Assembly: GCA_043228905.1 (NCBI GenBank) | Contig: JBHGNT010000002.1 | Span: 15,128,001-15,192,000 of the forward strand | DNA: 64,000 nt | Direction of reading: 5' to 3' | Origin: Azolla caroliniana | Lineage: Eukaryota; Plantae; Polypodiophyta | Shown: positions 13,461-26,215 of the stretch, in pieces | Layout of the letters: each line of letters starts with the position of its first letter | How positions within the stretch are numbered: position 1 is the stretch's first letter | Translations under genes and position numbers: made by a program | Notes under the pieces: generated by a model | Seen by the model: the letters and a program-made list of their open reading frames with translations, nothing else | The model's database searches: none | What the model was told of the DNA's origin: nothing

Positions 13461-14293
13461 AAAAGAGGCAGGACCACTGGGGTCTCGAACCAAGGAGCCG
13501 GTGAGAGTAGGAAGGTTCTCCGGATCGGTGTCCGGATATCTTCGCCGGATCAGTTAGTGGTCACATGTCCGATCTCGATCAGATTAGGGTTCTTGAAGAT
13601 GAGCACACGGACTCCGAGACGCGTAATGTTTCCGGACCAGATGGCAGTTGGCAACGGTGAGCTCTTAGCCTCCCTCACTCAGACACACAACACGACAGGA
13701 TTACACCAAAGAAAGACACAGGAAATCCAAAACGCATGGAGAGATTCCACGAATTAACCATTAAAAGAAGAAACGGGAAGAGATTTCAACCGGCCGCGGC
13801 TGGCAAAAGAGCTTCGAGCTGACTATAAACACACACAGACACTAGCAAGCCTCCGATCATGAGCACACGGGCTACTAGCTCACAACAGAGGCCTCACAGC
13901 ACGACGATAGGGAAAACCGGAAAACGGAGAATAGGAAGGAAACCTGCAAAGCTCAGTCTGGCAGCACTTCCTTCTCCAAAACATCGATTCCTAAAACAAT
14001 CTCAACCTGCCCTTTTATAGAACAAAGGGGAGGTCGTTACATCACCAATAAAGACAACCACTTTTGGAGAGAGATTTCCCTCGATCCTCTTCGTCAGATA
14101 TTAATATATTCTCTAAGCGTGTGGTCTTGAAGTACATATCAAATCACTCGTACCTAGTATTTCTCAACACTTAGACTACCACTATACTTATTTACACATG
14201 ACTATACAAAAGACATTTTGAGTGTACCAATGCACGCCCTTGTTCATGTGCTCTCCGGCCGTTTTTCCCTAGTAGTCAGAAACCCTCACGACA
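13461..14293 (-). repeat. 3' LTR of D, lacking its last ~27 bp
   Basis: 13461-13495 is homologous to the reverse complement of the M LTR end (60300-60334); PPT adjacent. Confidence 0.75.
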
Positions 14294-14940
14294 TCCACCC
14301 CCACCAAACCACACATCCTCTAGCATGTGCCAAGTAGTGAAGCGATGGGGATTCCGGCTATTCTCTAGGCCTCCTCCTACGATCCGTCATCGGTTCGGTC
14401 TTCATTCAACTCCTCGCCATCACCGGCGCTTCCGTCTTCTATCTCCAGATCGATCCGTTTCATGCCGTTTCTTGAAGGCCTTGATCAGTTTCCCTGCAAC
14501 TAGCTTTGAAATTCTCGTTCCATCGAGCTCCGCAAGGTGATATGTGGCGTTGTCGTTGGCGCCCGTCACTACATATGGCCCGAACCACCGTTTTGGGAAT
14601 TTTCCGAGTTGACCTATGTTGATTGTCAAGGTTGTTGTTGTAGACCAACACCCAGTCACCTTCCTCGATCTTCTTTGGCCAGAATCTATGTGTCCAGTCG
14701 AACCGGCCCTTGTTCTTCTTTTGCGCCGCCTACAGATTTGCCTTTGCTCGTTCCACATTCTCCGGCCTCTGCTCGAGTTGCCGGATCGTTGCCTAGTCGA
14801 CCGCCATCCACGAAGAGATTGTCTGCTCCACTAGGATGATTGGCTTCTGCCTGAACATAATTTCCATCGGTATGTACCTGGTTACCGAACTATGTGTAGT
14901 TCGGTCGGCCCATAACGTATAAGGAAGTAGTCTCGGCCAG

Positions 14941-15470
14941 TTCCTGACTCGCTCGTCACATGCTCGCACCAATGCTTTCACAATCGGCCCGTGCCCACAT
15001 TCGATTTTGCCATTGGCTTCTAGATTGTAAGCGTAGTGAGGGAGAGTTTTACCCCTAGCTGGTCAAATAGCTCCTCAGCTTCCAACATGTCCAACTACCC
15101 TCAATTGGCTACAATCTTCCCTATGCAAGTACTAGCAGATCATATCTTTGACCAAGATCCGGCATACCGCGACAGTTGTCTTGGTCGTTAAGGCCCGACC
15201 CTCCACTTGGTTCGTCAAATCTTCTCTTGCAACCACCAGGTACCTCATTTGTCCTACCTTCCTAACTCGTCCGTCGCATGCTCTCACCAATGCTTTCACA
15301 ATCGGCCCATGCCCACATTCGATTTTCCCATTGGCTTCCAAATTGTAAGCGTACTGAGGGAGAGTTGTACCCCTAGCCGGTCAAATAGCTCATCAGCTTC
15401 CAGTGTGTCCAACTCCCCTCGATCGGCTACAATCTTCCCTACGCAAGTACTAGCAGATCACATCTTCGAT
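14941..15470 (-). repeat. Tandem partial duplication of the D integrase core (period ~318 bp)
   Basis: caccaatgctttcacaatcggccc occurs near 14967 and 15285. Confidence 0.8.
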
Positions 15471-16532
15471 TAGGAACCGGTATCGTGTGAAATGGCAAGT
15501 ACTTTATATTAGCTTAATGGCATGTTATAGAAAGATTGATGTTTGAGAAGATAGGGAAAAAAAAAACTATGATTTATCCCACATAGATAGGAAACTTAAG
15601 GCCCTGGCTATATAAGCACTTTAAGACCCCTCATTTTCATTTGTGCTAAGAGCACTTTGGCCACTTTATCTTGATGGAAGATGGTGGCCAAGTTCCCAAA
15701 AATCGGAAGCCGTCGATAAGCAAAACCGGAACCGGGCCGGTAAGCAAACTGAAACCAACCGGAAAGCAAACCTGAACCGACCAGTAAGCAAATCGGAACT
15801 GGCGAAATCGGCAATTGGATGGTGTCGGAAATCGGGTGGATCCGACAACTAGCAACGATCGAGACGAACAAATGATAGGATCATGTGGCTAATTAAAGTG
15901 AAGTGAAGAAAACTAAAGTAAAGGTCGTGTGGACGGCCGCATGCAACTAAAAGAAAAAGCCATGCAACTAAAAATAGATGCAACTAAAAGAAAAAGCTAT
16001 GCAACTAAAAGTAGAGGCCATGAAACAAAAAGTGGAAAGGCTATGATCAACGGAGAACTCTATATATATTCCATTTTTTTTCCTACACTCATACTCTCTC
16101 CATTATTTTTCTTTTCCTTCTCAGTTCCCTTATCTTATGGAAGCCATAACTCTCATAATCCCTAAATTTCCTTATGGAAGCCATAAACCCTAAATTTCCT
16201 TACGGAAACCAAAATCCCTACATTTCCTTACGGAAGCCATAAACCCTAAATTTCCTTACGGAAGTCACAAACCCTAAATTTCCCTACGAAAGCCATATCT
16301 CTCAAAACCCCTAATTTTTCTTTTCTATTAATCTTAGTAAACCTAAAAATTCTAAATTCCAATCTTGGGACATATTGTAATTTCTTCTTCCTTTGTTAAT
16401 GAAAATGATTAAATTTCTTATTTCCGTTAATTGTTAAAAAATATAAAAGCACGAATCTGATATCTTCCGGCCGAAGGCCCCGGGGTCTTGCCTCAAAGTT
16501 CACGTATCCTCATCATATTTTCGGGACATCTT

Positions 16533-16554
16533 TGGTGAACCCGACGTGAATCGA
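16533..16554 (+). promoter_or_regulatory. PBS complementary to tRNA-Trp
   Basis: TGGTGAACCCGACGTGAATCGA is the reverse complement of the plant tRNA-Trp 3' end as recalled; same PBS at 24919-24936 (minus) and 60366-60383. Confidence 0.8.
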
Positions 16555-17395
16555 GGCGCTATGAGGATATCTCATGCAGGCATATAGATACAAAGAGCCG
16601 AAGAGATGCAAACTATACGAGTTCGATCAATGGGTATCATCATTAAAGACCCACCAAAGTGCCATGCATGCTTTCATTGAGTTCAAGTGTCGCTTTGCAC
16701 AACTCTGAGAGTGGGATCCAAGATTGGTGGGGGTGGACAAAGTCCTAATGTTTGTGAAGTCAATCAATCGGAATGCCATTGAAATCTGACTTGAGGATGA
16801 CGATGGTGCAAATGGCCTCACAGAAGATTGGACTAAAGTAGAAAGAGTATGTCGACTTCACGATAAGAGGAAGACAAGATTCTCATCGGCAACAACACAA
16901 CCCATGACGGATGGTGAAAGGAGTACAGGAAGCAACAATAAACTACCACCTAAAGAAGATAGCTTGAAGAGGGAAGGTTCGACGTTACTCGACATAGAGG
17001 CCTTCATAAACGAGGCATATGAGAAATTAAAAGTGAAACTCGAGGCCAAAGAGAATCTTATAATGGAACCAAAACCGATTAAAATGGTTATCAAGGAAGA
17101 AGAGACCTCCCAACAAAGGTGGAGTCATGATATGACCAATACGAAGGCCCAAGTTCGGTACGACAGCATCATGGGAAAAGATGTGGAACAAGACGAGAAG
17201 GCGTCTTGTTCCACAAATGAATCGAGGGTGGCGAATGCCACTTCAAGCGAAGACAAATGTTTCGGAACACACACGTGTCTGAAACATCAAGTAATGAAGG
17301 TGCTAGAATGAGCAAAGCTTCCATGATTGAGGGAGATAAAAAGTGTGAGGCCGACATGATTGAGGAGATAGCCATGAAAAACGACATCGAGTCAG

Positions 17396-17841
17396 TGTTA
17401 GGAATAGTACTAAATAGAGATAGGATTAGTACTAAACAGAGAGAGAATTAGTACTAGAGAAGGGAAGTACTATTAGAACTAAGGATGGGACTACGTAAGA
17501 CTCCCGAGAGAGGAAGAGAGAAGAGGAGACAGAAAGAGATAGCGAGGACAAGAGATGATTATAACAGATTATATATTATAAGAAGAGTAAGTACAAAAGG
17601 GCTATGAGGCTAAAGACTGGCGTTGAACCAATTTGGTTCAACATAATGCCTAGTGCCCTCTTTTATAGTGTTCTCAGGAGTAATCTTGAAGCTTCTAGAA
17701 TGTTCTAGAGAAATCTTTAATTTCTTATAATAAAATGTAAATGAAAATAATATTCTACGTATTACAATAGATGATATAATGGTCAAGAGCTCGACCCATA
17801 TAACCTAAGATCATGGGTTCGAGTCTTGCCATATCATGACA
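17396..17841 (-). repeat. 3' LTR of F
   Basis: Direct repeat of 31082-31531; TG..CA. Confidence 0.93.
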
Positions 17842-19289
17842 CTATCCCCCCTTTAAAACAACGAGTGTCACGAGTCGTTTTGGATGGAGGACCCGGTTTG
17901 TGTGGATATTGCCGATGGAAGTCTTCAAGAAGCGCACGAGCATTGGTCACATTCTCGATCGGTTCCCAAGTACGTTGTCGCGAAAATACGACGAGGATAC
18001 GTGAACGTTGAGGCAAGACCCCGAGGCCTTTGTCTAGAGGATATCAAATTCGTGTATTTATATACTAAGAATTAACCGAAATGAGAAAGATTAACAAATT
18101 TCATTAATAAAAGGGAAAGAAAGATTACAATCAATCCCAAGATTGGGATTACAAAAGTTTATCTTATGGAGATGATTAGAATAATAGATTAGAGGAAATA
18201 AGAGATTATGATTCTTGAGTGATATGGCTTTAACAAGGAATTTTGGATTTTGAGAGATTGCTTCCGTATAGAAATTATGGTTTACTTGAGAGATAACTTC
18301 CGTAGGGAAGATTAGGGTTATTGGCTTTGATAATATAAGAGAGCTCCCCAACAAAAGAAAAAAAATTTAGATAATATGGAGAGTGAGTCCTGGTGTAGGA
18401 AAAAAAAATTGGAATAAATATGGAGTTCTCTCTTGATCATAGCCTTCCACTTTTTGTTGCATGGCCTCTACTTTTAGTTGCCTAGCTTTTTCTTTTGGTT
18501 GCATGTGACTATCCACATGACCTTTACTTTTTCCATGCACTCCTTCTTTAGTTGCTTGCGTCCACATGGCCTTTACTTTAGTTCTCTTCACTTTACTTTA
18601 GTTTGTTGCATGATCCAATCTTTCGTCCGTCCGCGTCCAACCTCGTCCGGTAGCCGGTTCCATTCTGCTTGCCGGTCGGTTCCGGTTCCGGTTTTGCTTG
18701 CCGGCCGGTTCCAGTTTGTTTGCCAGTTGCCGGTTCTGGTTTAGCTTACCGGCCGGTTTCCGGTTTGCCTACCCGTTCCGGTTCCGGTTTTGCTTGCGGG
18801 CCTGTTCCAGTTTTGCTTACCGGCCGGTTTCCGGTTTGCATACCCGTTCCGGTTCCGGTTTTGCATATTGACCGGTTTCCGGATTTGCTTACCGGCCGGT
18901 TTCCGGTTTTAGGGAATTTGGCCACCATCATCCATCAAGACAAAGTGGCCAAAGTGCTCTTAGCACAAATGAAAAATGAGGGAGCTCAAGGTGTTTGTAT
19001 AGCCAGGGCCTTAACTTTCCTATCTATGTGGGATAGTTCTAATTTCCCTATCTAATCAAACTATATTTTCTCATAACTTGATATGTATTTCTCCATTTTG
19101 TATATAGTAAAATATATTTTGAAGCTCTTGAGTATATCCATCTTTCTATAGTAAGCTACTAATCTAATCTATAATAATTATTTCATTATTTTTTTACATA
19201 GTGTGTGAAGATTCACACGACATTCGCCCCCACCAAACCTGCACATCCACCGGTATGTGCCAATTTTGGTGAGGATTCATTTTTGTTTA

Positions 19290-22200
19290 CTATACTTTTT
19301 CATCGATGCTTAAGACTGAATCGTCAAAAGTTTCAAATCCAATTTCTATTCTATCTCTACTCTTGAAGATCTTGATTCTTTTATCGGCAATTGGCAAGGC
19401 AAGTGGTGTACCATCCAGTTCTACTAAATGATATGTTGCATTATCTTCCACTTTCTTCACCACATATGGCCCAAACCATCGTTGTGAGAATTTTCGAGCC
19501 GTACTATGTTGGTTATCTAGGCTACTGTCATAGACTAGCACCCAATCTCCTTCAACGATTTTCCTCGGCCGAAGTCGATGTCGTTTATCGAAGTCTTACT
19601 TGTTCTTTAGCCTTGCATTCTTTAGCCGCGCTTTAGCCACCTCTACGTCTTCCAAATTCTGCTCTAATTGTCGAATCCTCAATGCTAGAAGATCTTCTCT
19701 ACTTATCTCATCTTGCCATGGCAATGCAAACCATGAAATAATACTTTGTTCTACGGGCATTATTGGCTTTTGTTCGAATATGAGCTCTGCCGGCATGTTT
19801 CCCGTCACCGTGCTATGAGTAGTCCTGTCAGCCCATAATGTAAATGGTAATAGACGTGGCCATTCTCCTATTTTCCCATGGCAAGCTTTCACTAGAGCCT
19901 TCACAATCGGTCCATGTCCACGTTCCACCTTCCCATTTGCTTCCGGATTATACGCCATGGTAAGAGATAATTTGATTCCCATCCTCGAGAAGAATTCTCT
20001 AGCTTCATTGGCGTCCAACTCGCCTCTATCAGCCACTATCTTGCCGACGCATCCATATCTGCAAATAACATCTTCAAGAAGGAATCGGCATACCGATGAT
20101 GTCTCCTTAGTTCTTAATGCTCGCCCTTCAACTTGATTGGTAAGATCCTCTCTCGCGAGCACAAGATACTTCATCTGCCATCGTCCCATTGGCATCATCA
20201 CTATGTCCACCATCCACTTGTAATGCATAGCCAACGGGTAAGTCGGATGAAGTCCATCTCGATGGCGAATATTCGAAAACATTTGACATTCCTTACATGT
20301 TTCCACATAAGCTGCTACATCTTTGTAGATGCCCGGCCACCAATATTTCTCCTTAAGCTTCGCAAATGTAGCCCATATTCCTCGATGGCCTGCAAAAACA
20401 CTATCATGAAATTCGGACATTAGTTTTTGTTTGTCTTCTAGCTTGCAGACAACTCTCATCGGAGTCCCATTCTTCTTTTTTGCATGCTTCCAAAGAGCTC
20501 CATCCTTAAGGAAATATTTGTATGCTTTCTTCTGAATTCGATGGAAGTCTTCCGTCGACCATGCTTCATCTTTTTGGAGAGAACTCAAGTATTTCCCGAT
20601 CTCCACGAATTCACCTTCGTAGTCCTCTTCTATGAAAGTAGTCAACACCCGAGCATAGGAACTTGCAAAGAAATCCAAGCCAACATCATCTTCATCAGAA
20701 TGTCGATCTTCTTCTCCGTCGTATCTCGCTCATGATAGCATGTCTGTAACGACATTACGCTTCCCAGCTACATGACGGATCTCCGGGTTGAGTGATTTGA
20801 TATATGCAATCCAACGCAACATGGCAATATCCGGTGTATTACAACCAGATATCATACCCAAAATTGGTAGGCAATCTGTCTCAATTATGACTTCTGCTCC
20901 AATAAGGTAATCACGATCAGATTTGATTGCCGAGACGATCCCCCATAGCTCCCTCTTCACTTGGGCATACCTTCTTTGCCTGTCACTTAACACTTTCGCG
21001 CCAAACCGAATTGCATATCGGTTGCAATCTTCATCTTCTTGGTTGATAACCCATCCAATTCCGATTGGACTAGTATCCACAGTCACGAAAATGGGCTTGC
21101 CGTATGAATAGTCCGCTTTCCGTAATGCAGGTGCCTCCATCAATAATTTCTTCAGCCTTCGGATGGCGATTGTATGCTCGCTCGTCCATTCGAACATCCG
21201 CTTCCTCTTTAGTAGACCATATAATGGCTCAGCAATGTGGGCGTAGTGTGGAATCCAAATATGATAAAACGCGCATGCTCCAAGGAACCTTCGAACCTCC
21301 GTTTGGGTTACACATTCTTCTTTCATGTCTTGAATTGCATTCACCTTGGATGGCGAAGGCTTCCAACCGTATGCTCCACACAAGTGACCTACCACCAGGA
21401 TCTCTGGTTGCCCGAATGCGGATTTTTCTCCCGAAAATGTCAAATTCGCATCTTCGAGCCTTTGGAGCACCTTATCGCAATCTTTCATATGATCCATGAC
21501 AAACTTTCTACATCCATCCTCATCTTTTGATTCATCCTTCTCTTCATCCGAACATCCTTTTATCAGAATATCATCTAAGAATGGCATCGTGATATCCGGG
21601 ATGCAATCCTTCAAGACCTTGTTCATGGCATTCACCATATGAGCTACCGAGTTCGTTGCGCCTTGAGGTAAGGTACACATCCGCACCAACCCGATTGGAG
21701 TTCTCATGGTTGTAATGTCACGACTGTCGACCGCCAACTGGAATTGATCGTAGCCAGAGTAAAGATCGCCGATGGAGTAGATGGACCGGCCCGCAAACTC
21801 CTCGGCAAATTCATCCACACTCAGACCGATTCCAGCATTCCGAATTGTCACCTTGTTGATGGGTTGAAGATCTTGAATGAATCGCAACGATCCATTCTTC
21901 TTCGGCACCGTGAACCACCTATTAGAATAAGGAGCATTCGACGGTTCTAGAATTCCCATCCTCACCTTCTCCTTTAAGAGCTCGATCAACTTCGGTAGGT
22001 GTGCTCTCGGAACCGGTATCGGTTTCAAATTCCAAGGCACATGCGGCACCGTGAAGATCACCATCGGTTCTACCGTCCTTGGATTAGCACACCCGATTTC
22101 TTGTGGAAAAAATGCGAAAGCCTTCCTCTATATTTCAGGGAGGAGGAAATCCTCCATTCCAACTCGAAGCTTTCCCTTCGTCTCTTCAGTGAAGACGTGA

Positions 22201-22715
22201 CCAATTGTATTTGGGTTCCTTAAGCTTGGATCTTTTGCAACTTCCTTCATCTTTTGCCAGCTATCTTCCAGTAGCGGAACTGCAACTGGCTTGATCTTCC
22301 TATCCACAGTTTTATATTTTGTGTTGACTTCGACTTCCTCTATCAAGATGCCTCGATGATATTCATCGATGATAGTATACATGTTGATGGAGTTAACCGA
22401 AATCACATGTTGATGGTGAGGATAGCTCAAATCCACGACTTCCTCGATTTCGCCGATGGTGTCGTTAAATGAGACTTCCTCCAGAATATATGACACGAAT
22501 TCTTCTTCTTCGATTATGCTTTCTTCTTTCAGCACCTCCTCGGAGTCTTGTATCTGACACTTTTCCTTCTTGTTGAGTAGTCTAAGTTTGCATGCGCCGC
22601 CAGGTGTGACGCATGTTGCTTCTCCTTGCAATCCACGCACTTTGCTTCCTTGTGGGGACTTATGATTGCTCGGACTATTTGTGCCCCATGCTTCAATAGT
22701 CCGCTTTAAAAATCC
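19290..22715 (-). pseudogene. pol (RT-RH-INT) of G, reached by -1 frameshift
   Basis: ORF pieces 22128-22640, 20730-22064, 19596-20678, 19290-19541; DLYSGYDQ, LPQGATNS, FLDD, HDSVFAGH..CKEC, WFGPY. Confidence 0.93.
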
Positions 22716-24885
22716 GAGGATTCGCCTCCAAGGCTATCTCGGTTCCTTTCATGATTAGCTCACACCATCAGGAATTGAACGGATCTTTTACTATCAAGAC
22801 TCTTGACGCGCGCGAAGGCTGCTCCATTATCGAACACCTTGGTCTCCATCCGAGACGATGTTATATATGGTTGTCCTAGGATGACGGGATGTGAAGCCGA
22901 GTCTTGCACGAAGAAGTGTTGATCAATTTCTACATCCCTGATCGTGACTTTAACGTTGGGGCAAGCTCCGTACAAGTCCTCCGTAGCCTTCGTCGCCGCT
23001 CGAATCTTCCATCCGTGGTTTGTATTAATCGGCCATCTTCCTTTCTTGTAGAACTCGGTCGACATGAGGTTGATCTCAGAGCCATGGTCAATCAAAGCGA
23101 CCATGGTCTCTTTCTTCTTCCCGATCTTCACCGGTGTCTCCGTTGTCGCTCTTGCCCAATGAGGCCGCGAGTAATGGCTATTCGCCACCACTTCTTCTTC
23201 TTCCTCCTCTTCCGATCTTGTCATGGTTATGGCACTTGTTTTCACCTCCTCTTCATCAGATTGTTGCCGCTTCCTCTTAATAAGGTCCACGATAGTATCA
23301 TGGAACTCCTTCTTCGCGATCCAAAGTTGCTCTCTCAAGGTAAGGTCGACATGACTATCTAAAACCTTCTCCTCAAGGACCTTCCGCAAGTTAGTTGTTT
23401 GTTCTATGTCCGACCTTAGCTTGTAAGTCAGTGCCGCTCGTTCTTTTCCTTTCTTCGTTGATTCTTCGACTTCCATCCGAGCAGGTTGGCTCGATCCACC
23501 GGGCTTCATGTTTGTTTCACCAATCTCTTTTCTTGGGATAGGTTGGGGTGGCCCTTCTTTCCCTCCGTTCCTCGTGTTAGGTCGCTTTGATGTGCCATCT
23601 TCTTCACCGGTTCTCTTCCTCTTCTCTTCGACAAGGGCTTCATAGGTGTCACACACAACCTCCGCAAAGCTTGTGTTTTCGTCGATTGGATCTGGCCATC
23701 CGGTTGCTCGTCGCACGTTTCAGTCAGCAAGTTTTAGATCCTCCGAATTGATTTTGCCTTTTTCTTCGCACTCGAAGACCGTTGGCCAAAACCCAGCTCC
23801 TGGCTTGATCATTTTAAGATTCTCTTTTCCAACTCATATCCCAGCCGAAGCGGCATAGTGCATAGCCTCCACATGCCTTGCATCTTCTTCTTCTACAATC
23901 TTTTTCAGCCCACCTCTTCCGAAGTTCACTCGTAGTGGCTTCCAGGTCTCGCTTGAGTGAATCATGTTGCCGTCCAAATAGACGACATTCTTGCGGATCA
24001 CATCTTGCAAGTCAGCACATTCCCTTCGTGAGTGTTCAAAGCTATCGCACCACACACATCTATACGCTTCTTTTCCCTTGGGCCCGCGTCGACCTAAGTT
24101 GGTTAGCGATACCGCTTCAAACTTCTTGGAGAGCTCTTCGATTATAGACTCCTCCATTGCTTTCTTGTCGAAATTGTTGATCGGCTTACTAGGCTCAATC
24201 GTCGTAGGTGCCTTCTTCCACAATTGTGGATTCTCGACCTCAGCTTCCTCTTGCCATTGTCGCCGCTTATCAAAACGGTTGCAAGCCTTCTTCACCGCCA
24301 CCCAGTCCGCTACCAAACCATTTGGTTGTGTTTCGTCCTCCAAGAAACTACCCAATTCTCTCTGATCTTTCGCATCCATTGCCTTTAGGAATAGTAAGAC
24401 TTTATCTCCGTCGAGAACTCGTTGCTCGACACTCGGAAGTCGGTTGTACTTCTGGTCGAATTCGGCATAAATTCCCGATGCACACAGATTCTTCCCTTTC
24501 TTCTCAATCCAATTCATTAACGTATGCCGAGTCATCCGCGATGCGTCTTCAAGCATGTATTCAGTGAGAAGAGCCCTTTCGAACTCCACCCAAGTTGCAT
24601 GCTCGTTTTGGATCTCCATCACGTGCTCACGGATCCCGGGTTCTACAACACGCTTAAAGCTTGAAATTTGTTTTGGATCATGGACATCTCTTTGTTGCAT
24701 CTCATTCCGGTAGGTAGCAAGGAAATTTGTGATGTTCTTCCCACCGAATCTTCCAGTTGTCTCCACAGTTCGGTCAACAGCTTGGTCGACTAAAGCCTCC
24801 CGATCTCTCTCTTTCAGCATGAATTCGACGACAGACACCATGCCTTTCGTCAATTCTTCTCCTTGAGTTCCACTTGTCGAAGCCA
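22706..24885 (-). pseudogene. gag-protease of G
   Basis: MASTSGTQ start, knuckle CVWCDSFEHSRREC, PR LIDHGSEIN; in-frame TGA stops; natural end GAT TTT TAA at 22706. Confidence 0.9.
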
Positions 24886-26215
24886 TCTTCGTACTTGATA
24901 TCCTCCTACTACCTCGTTTCACGTCGGGTTTCACCAAAGATGTCGCGAAAATACGACGAGGATACGTGAACGTTGACGCAAGACCCCGGGGCCTTTGTCT
25001 AGAGGATATCAAATTCGTGTATTTATATACTAAGAATTAACCGAAATGAGAAAGATTAACAAATTTCATTAATAAAAGGGAAAGAAAGATTACAATCAAT
25101 CCCAAGATTGGGATTACAAAAGTTTATGTTATGGAGATGATTAGAATAATAGATTAGAGGAAATAAGAGATTATGATTCTTGAGTGATATGGCTTTGACA
25201 AGGAATTTTGGATTTTGAGAGATTGCTTCCGTATAGAAATTATGGTTTACTTGAGAGATAGCTTCCGTAGGGAAGATTAGGGTTATTGGCTTCGATAATA
25301 TAAGAGAGCTCCCCAACAAAAGAAAAAAAATTTAGATAATATGGAGAGTGAGTCCTAGTGTAGGAAAAAAAAATTGGAATAAATATGGAGTTCTCTCTTG
25401 ATCATAGCCTTCCACTTTTTGTTGCATGGCCTCTACTTTTAGTTGCCTAGCTTTTTCTTTTGGTTGCATGTGACTGTCCACATGACCTTTACTTTTTCCA
25501 TGCACTCCTTCTTTAGTTGCTTGCGTCCACATGGCCTTTACTTTAGTTCTCTTCACTTTACTTTAGTTTGTTGCATGATCCAATCTTTCGTCCGTCCGCG
25601 TCCAACCTCGTCTGGTAGCCGGTTCCATTCTGCTTGTCGGTCGGTTCCGGTTCCGGTTTTGCTTGCCGGCCGGTTCCGGTTTTGCTTGCCGGTCTGTTCC
25701 GGTTTTGCGTACCGACCGGTTTTCGGTTTGCATACCCGTTCCAGTTCCGGTTTTGCTTGCCGGCCGGTTCCGGTTCCGGTTTGCTTACCGGCCGGTTTCT
25801 AGATTGCATAACGGCCAGTTTCCGGATTCGCTTACCGGCCAGTTTCCGGATTTACTTACCGGACCCGTTTTCCGGATTTGCTTACCAGCCAGTTTCCGGT
25901 TTTAGGGAATTTGGCCACCATCATCCATCAAGACAAAGTGGCCAAAGTGCTCTTAGCACAAATGAAAAATGAGGGAGCTCAAGGTGTTTATATAGCCAGG
26001 GCCTTAACTTTCCTATCTATGTGGGATAGTTCTAATTCCCCTATCTAATCAAACTTTATTTTCTCATAACTTGATATGTATTTCTCCATTTTGTATATAG
26101 TAAAATATATTTTGAAGCTCTTGAGTATATCCATCTTTCTATAGTAAGCTACTAATCTAATCTATAATAATTATTTCATTATTTTTTTACATAGTGTGTG
26201 AAGATTCACACGACA

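Larger units (their letters stand above)
17976..26215 (-). mobile_element. Full-length Gypsy element G (Phygy-like by inference), lightly decayed
   Basis: LTRs 17976-19222 and 24941-26215; TSD ACGT; PBS 24919-24936; PPT 19223-19240; gag-PR then pol (RT PFLDD, RH, INT, GPY/F). Confidence 0.95.

Noticed and set aside
17772-17837. Functional tRNA gene
   Set aside because: No convincing acceptor or anticodon stem and it lies within an LTR
18669-19055. Pro/Gly/Arg-rich ORFs in the G and E LTRs
   Set aside because: Products of ccggtt tandem repeats; frames differ between the two LTR copies
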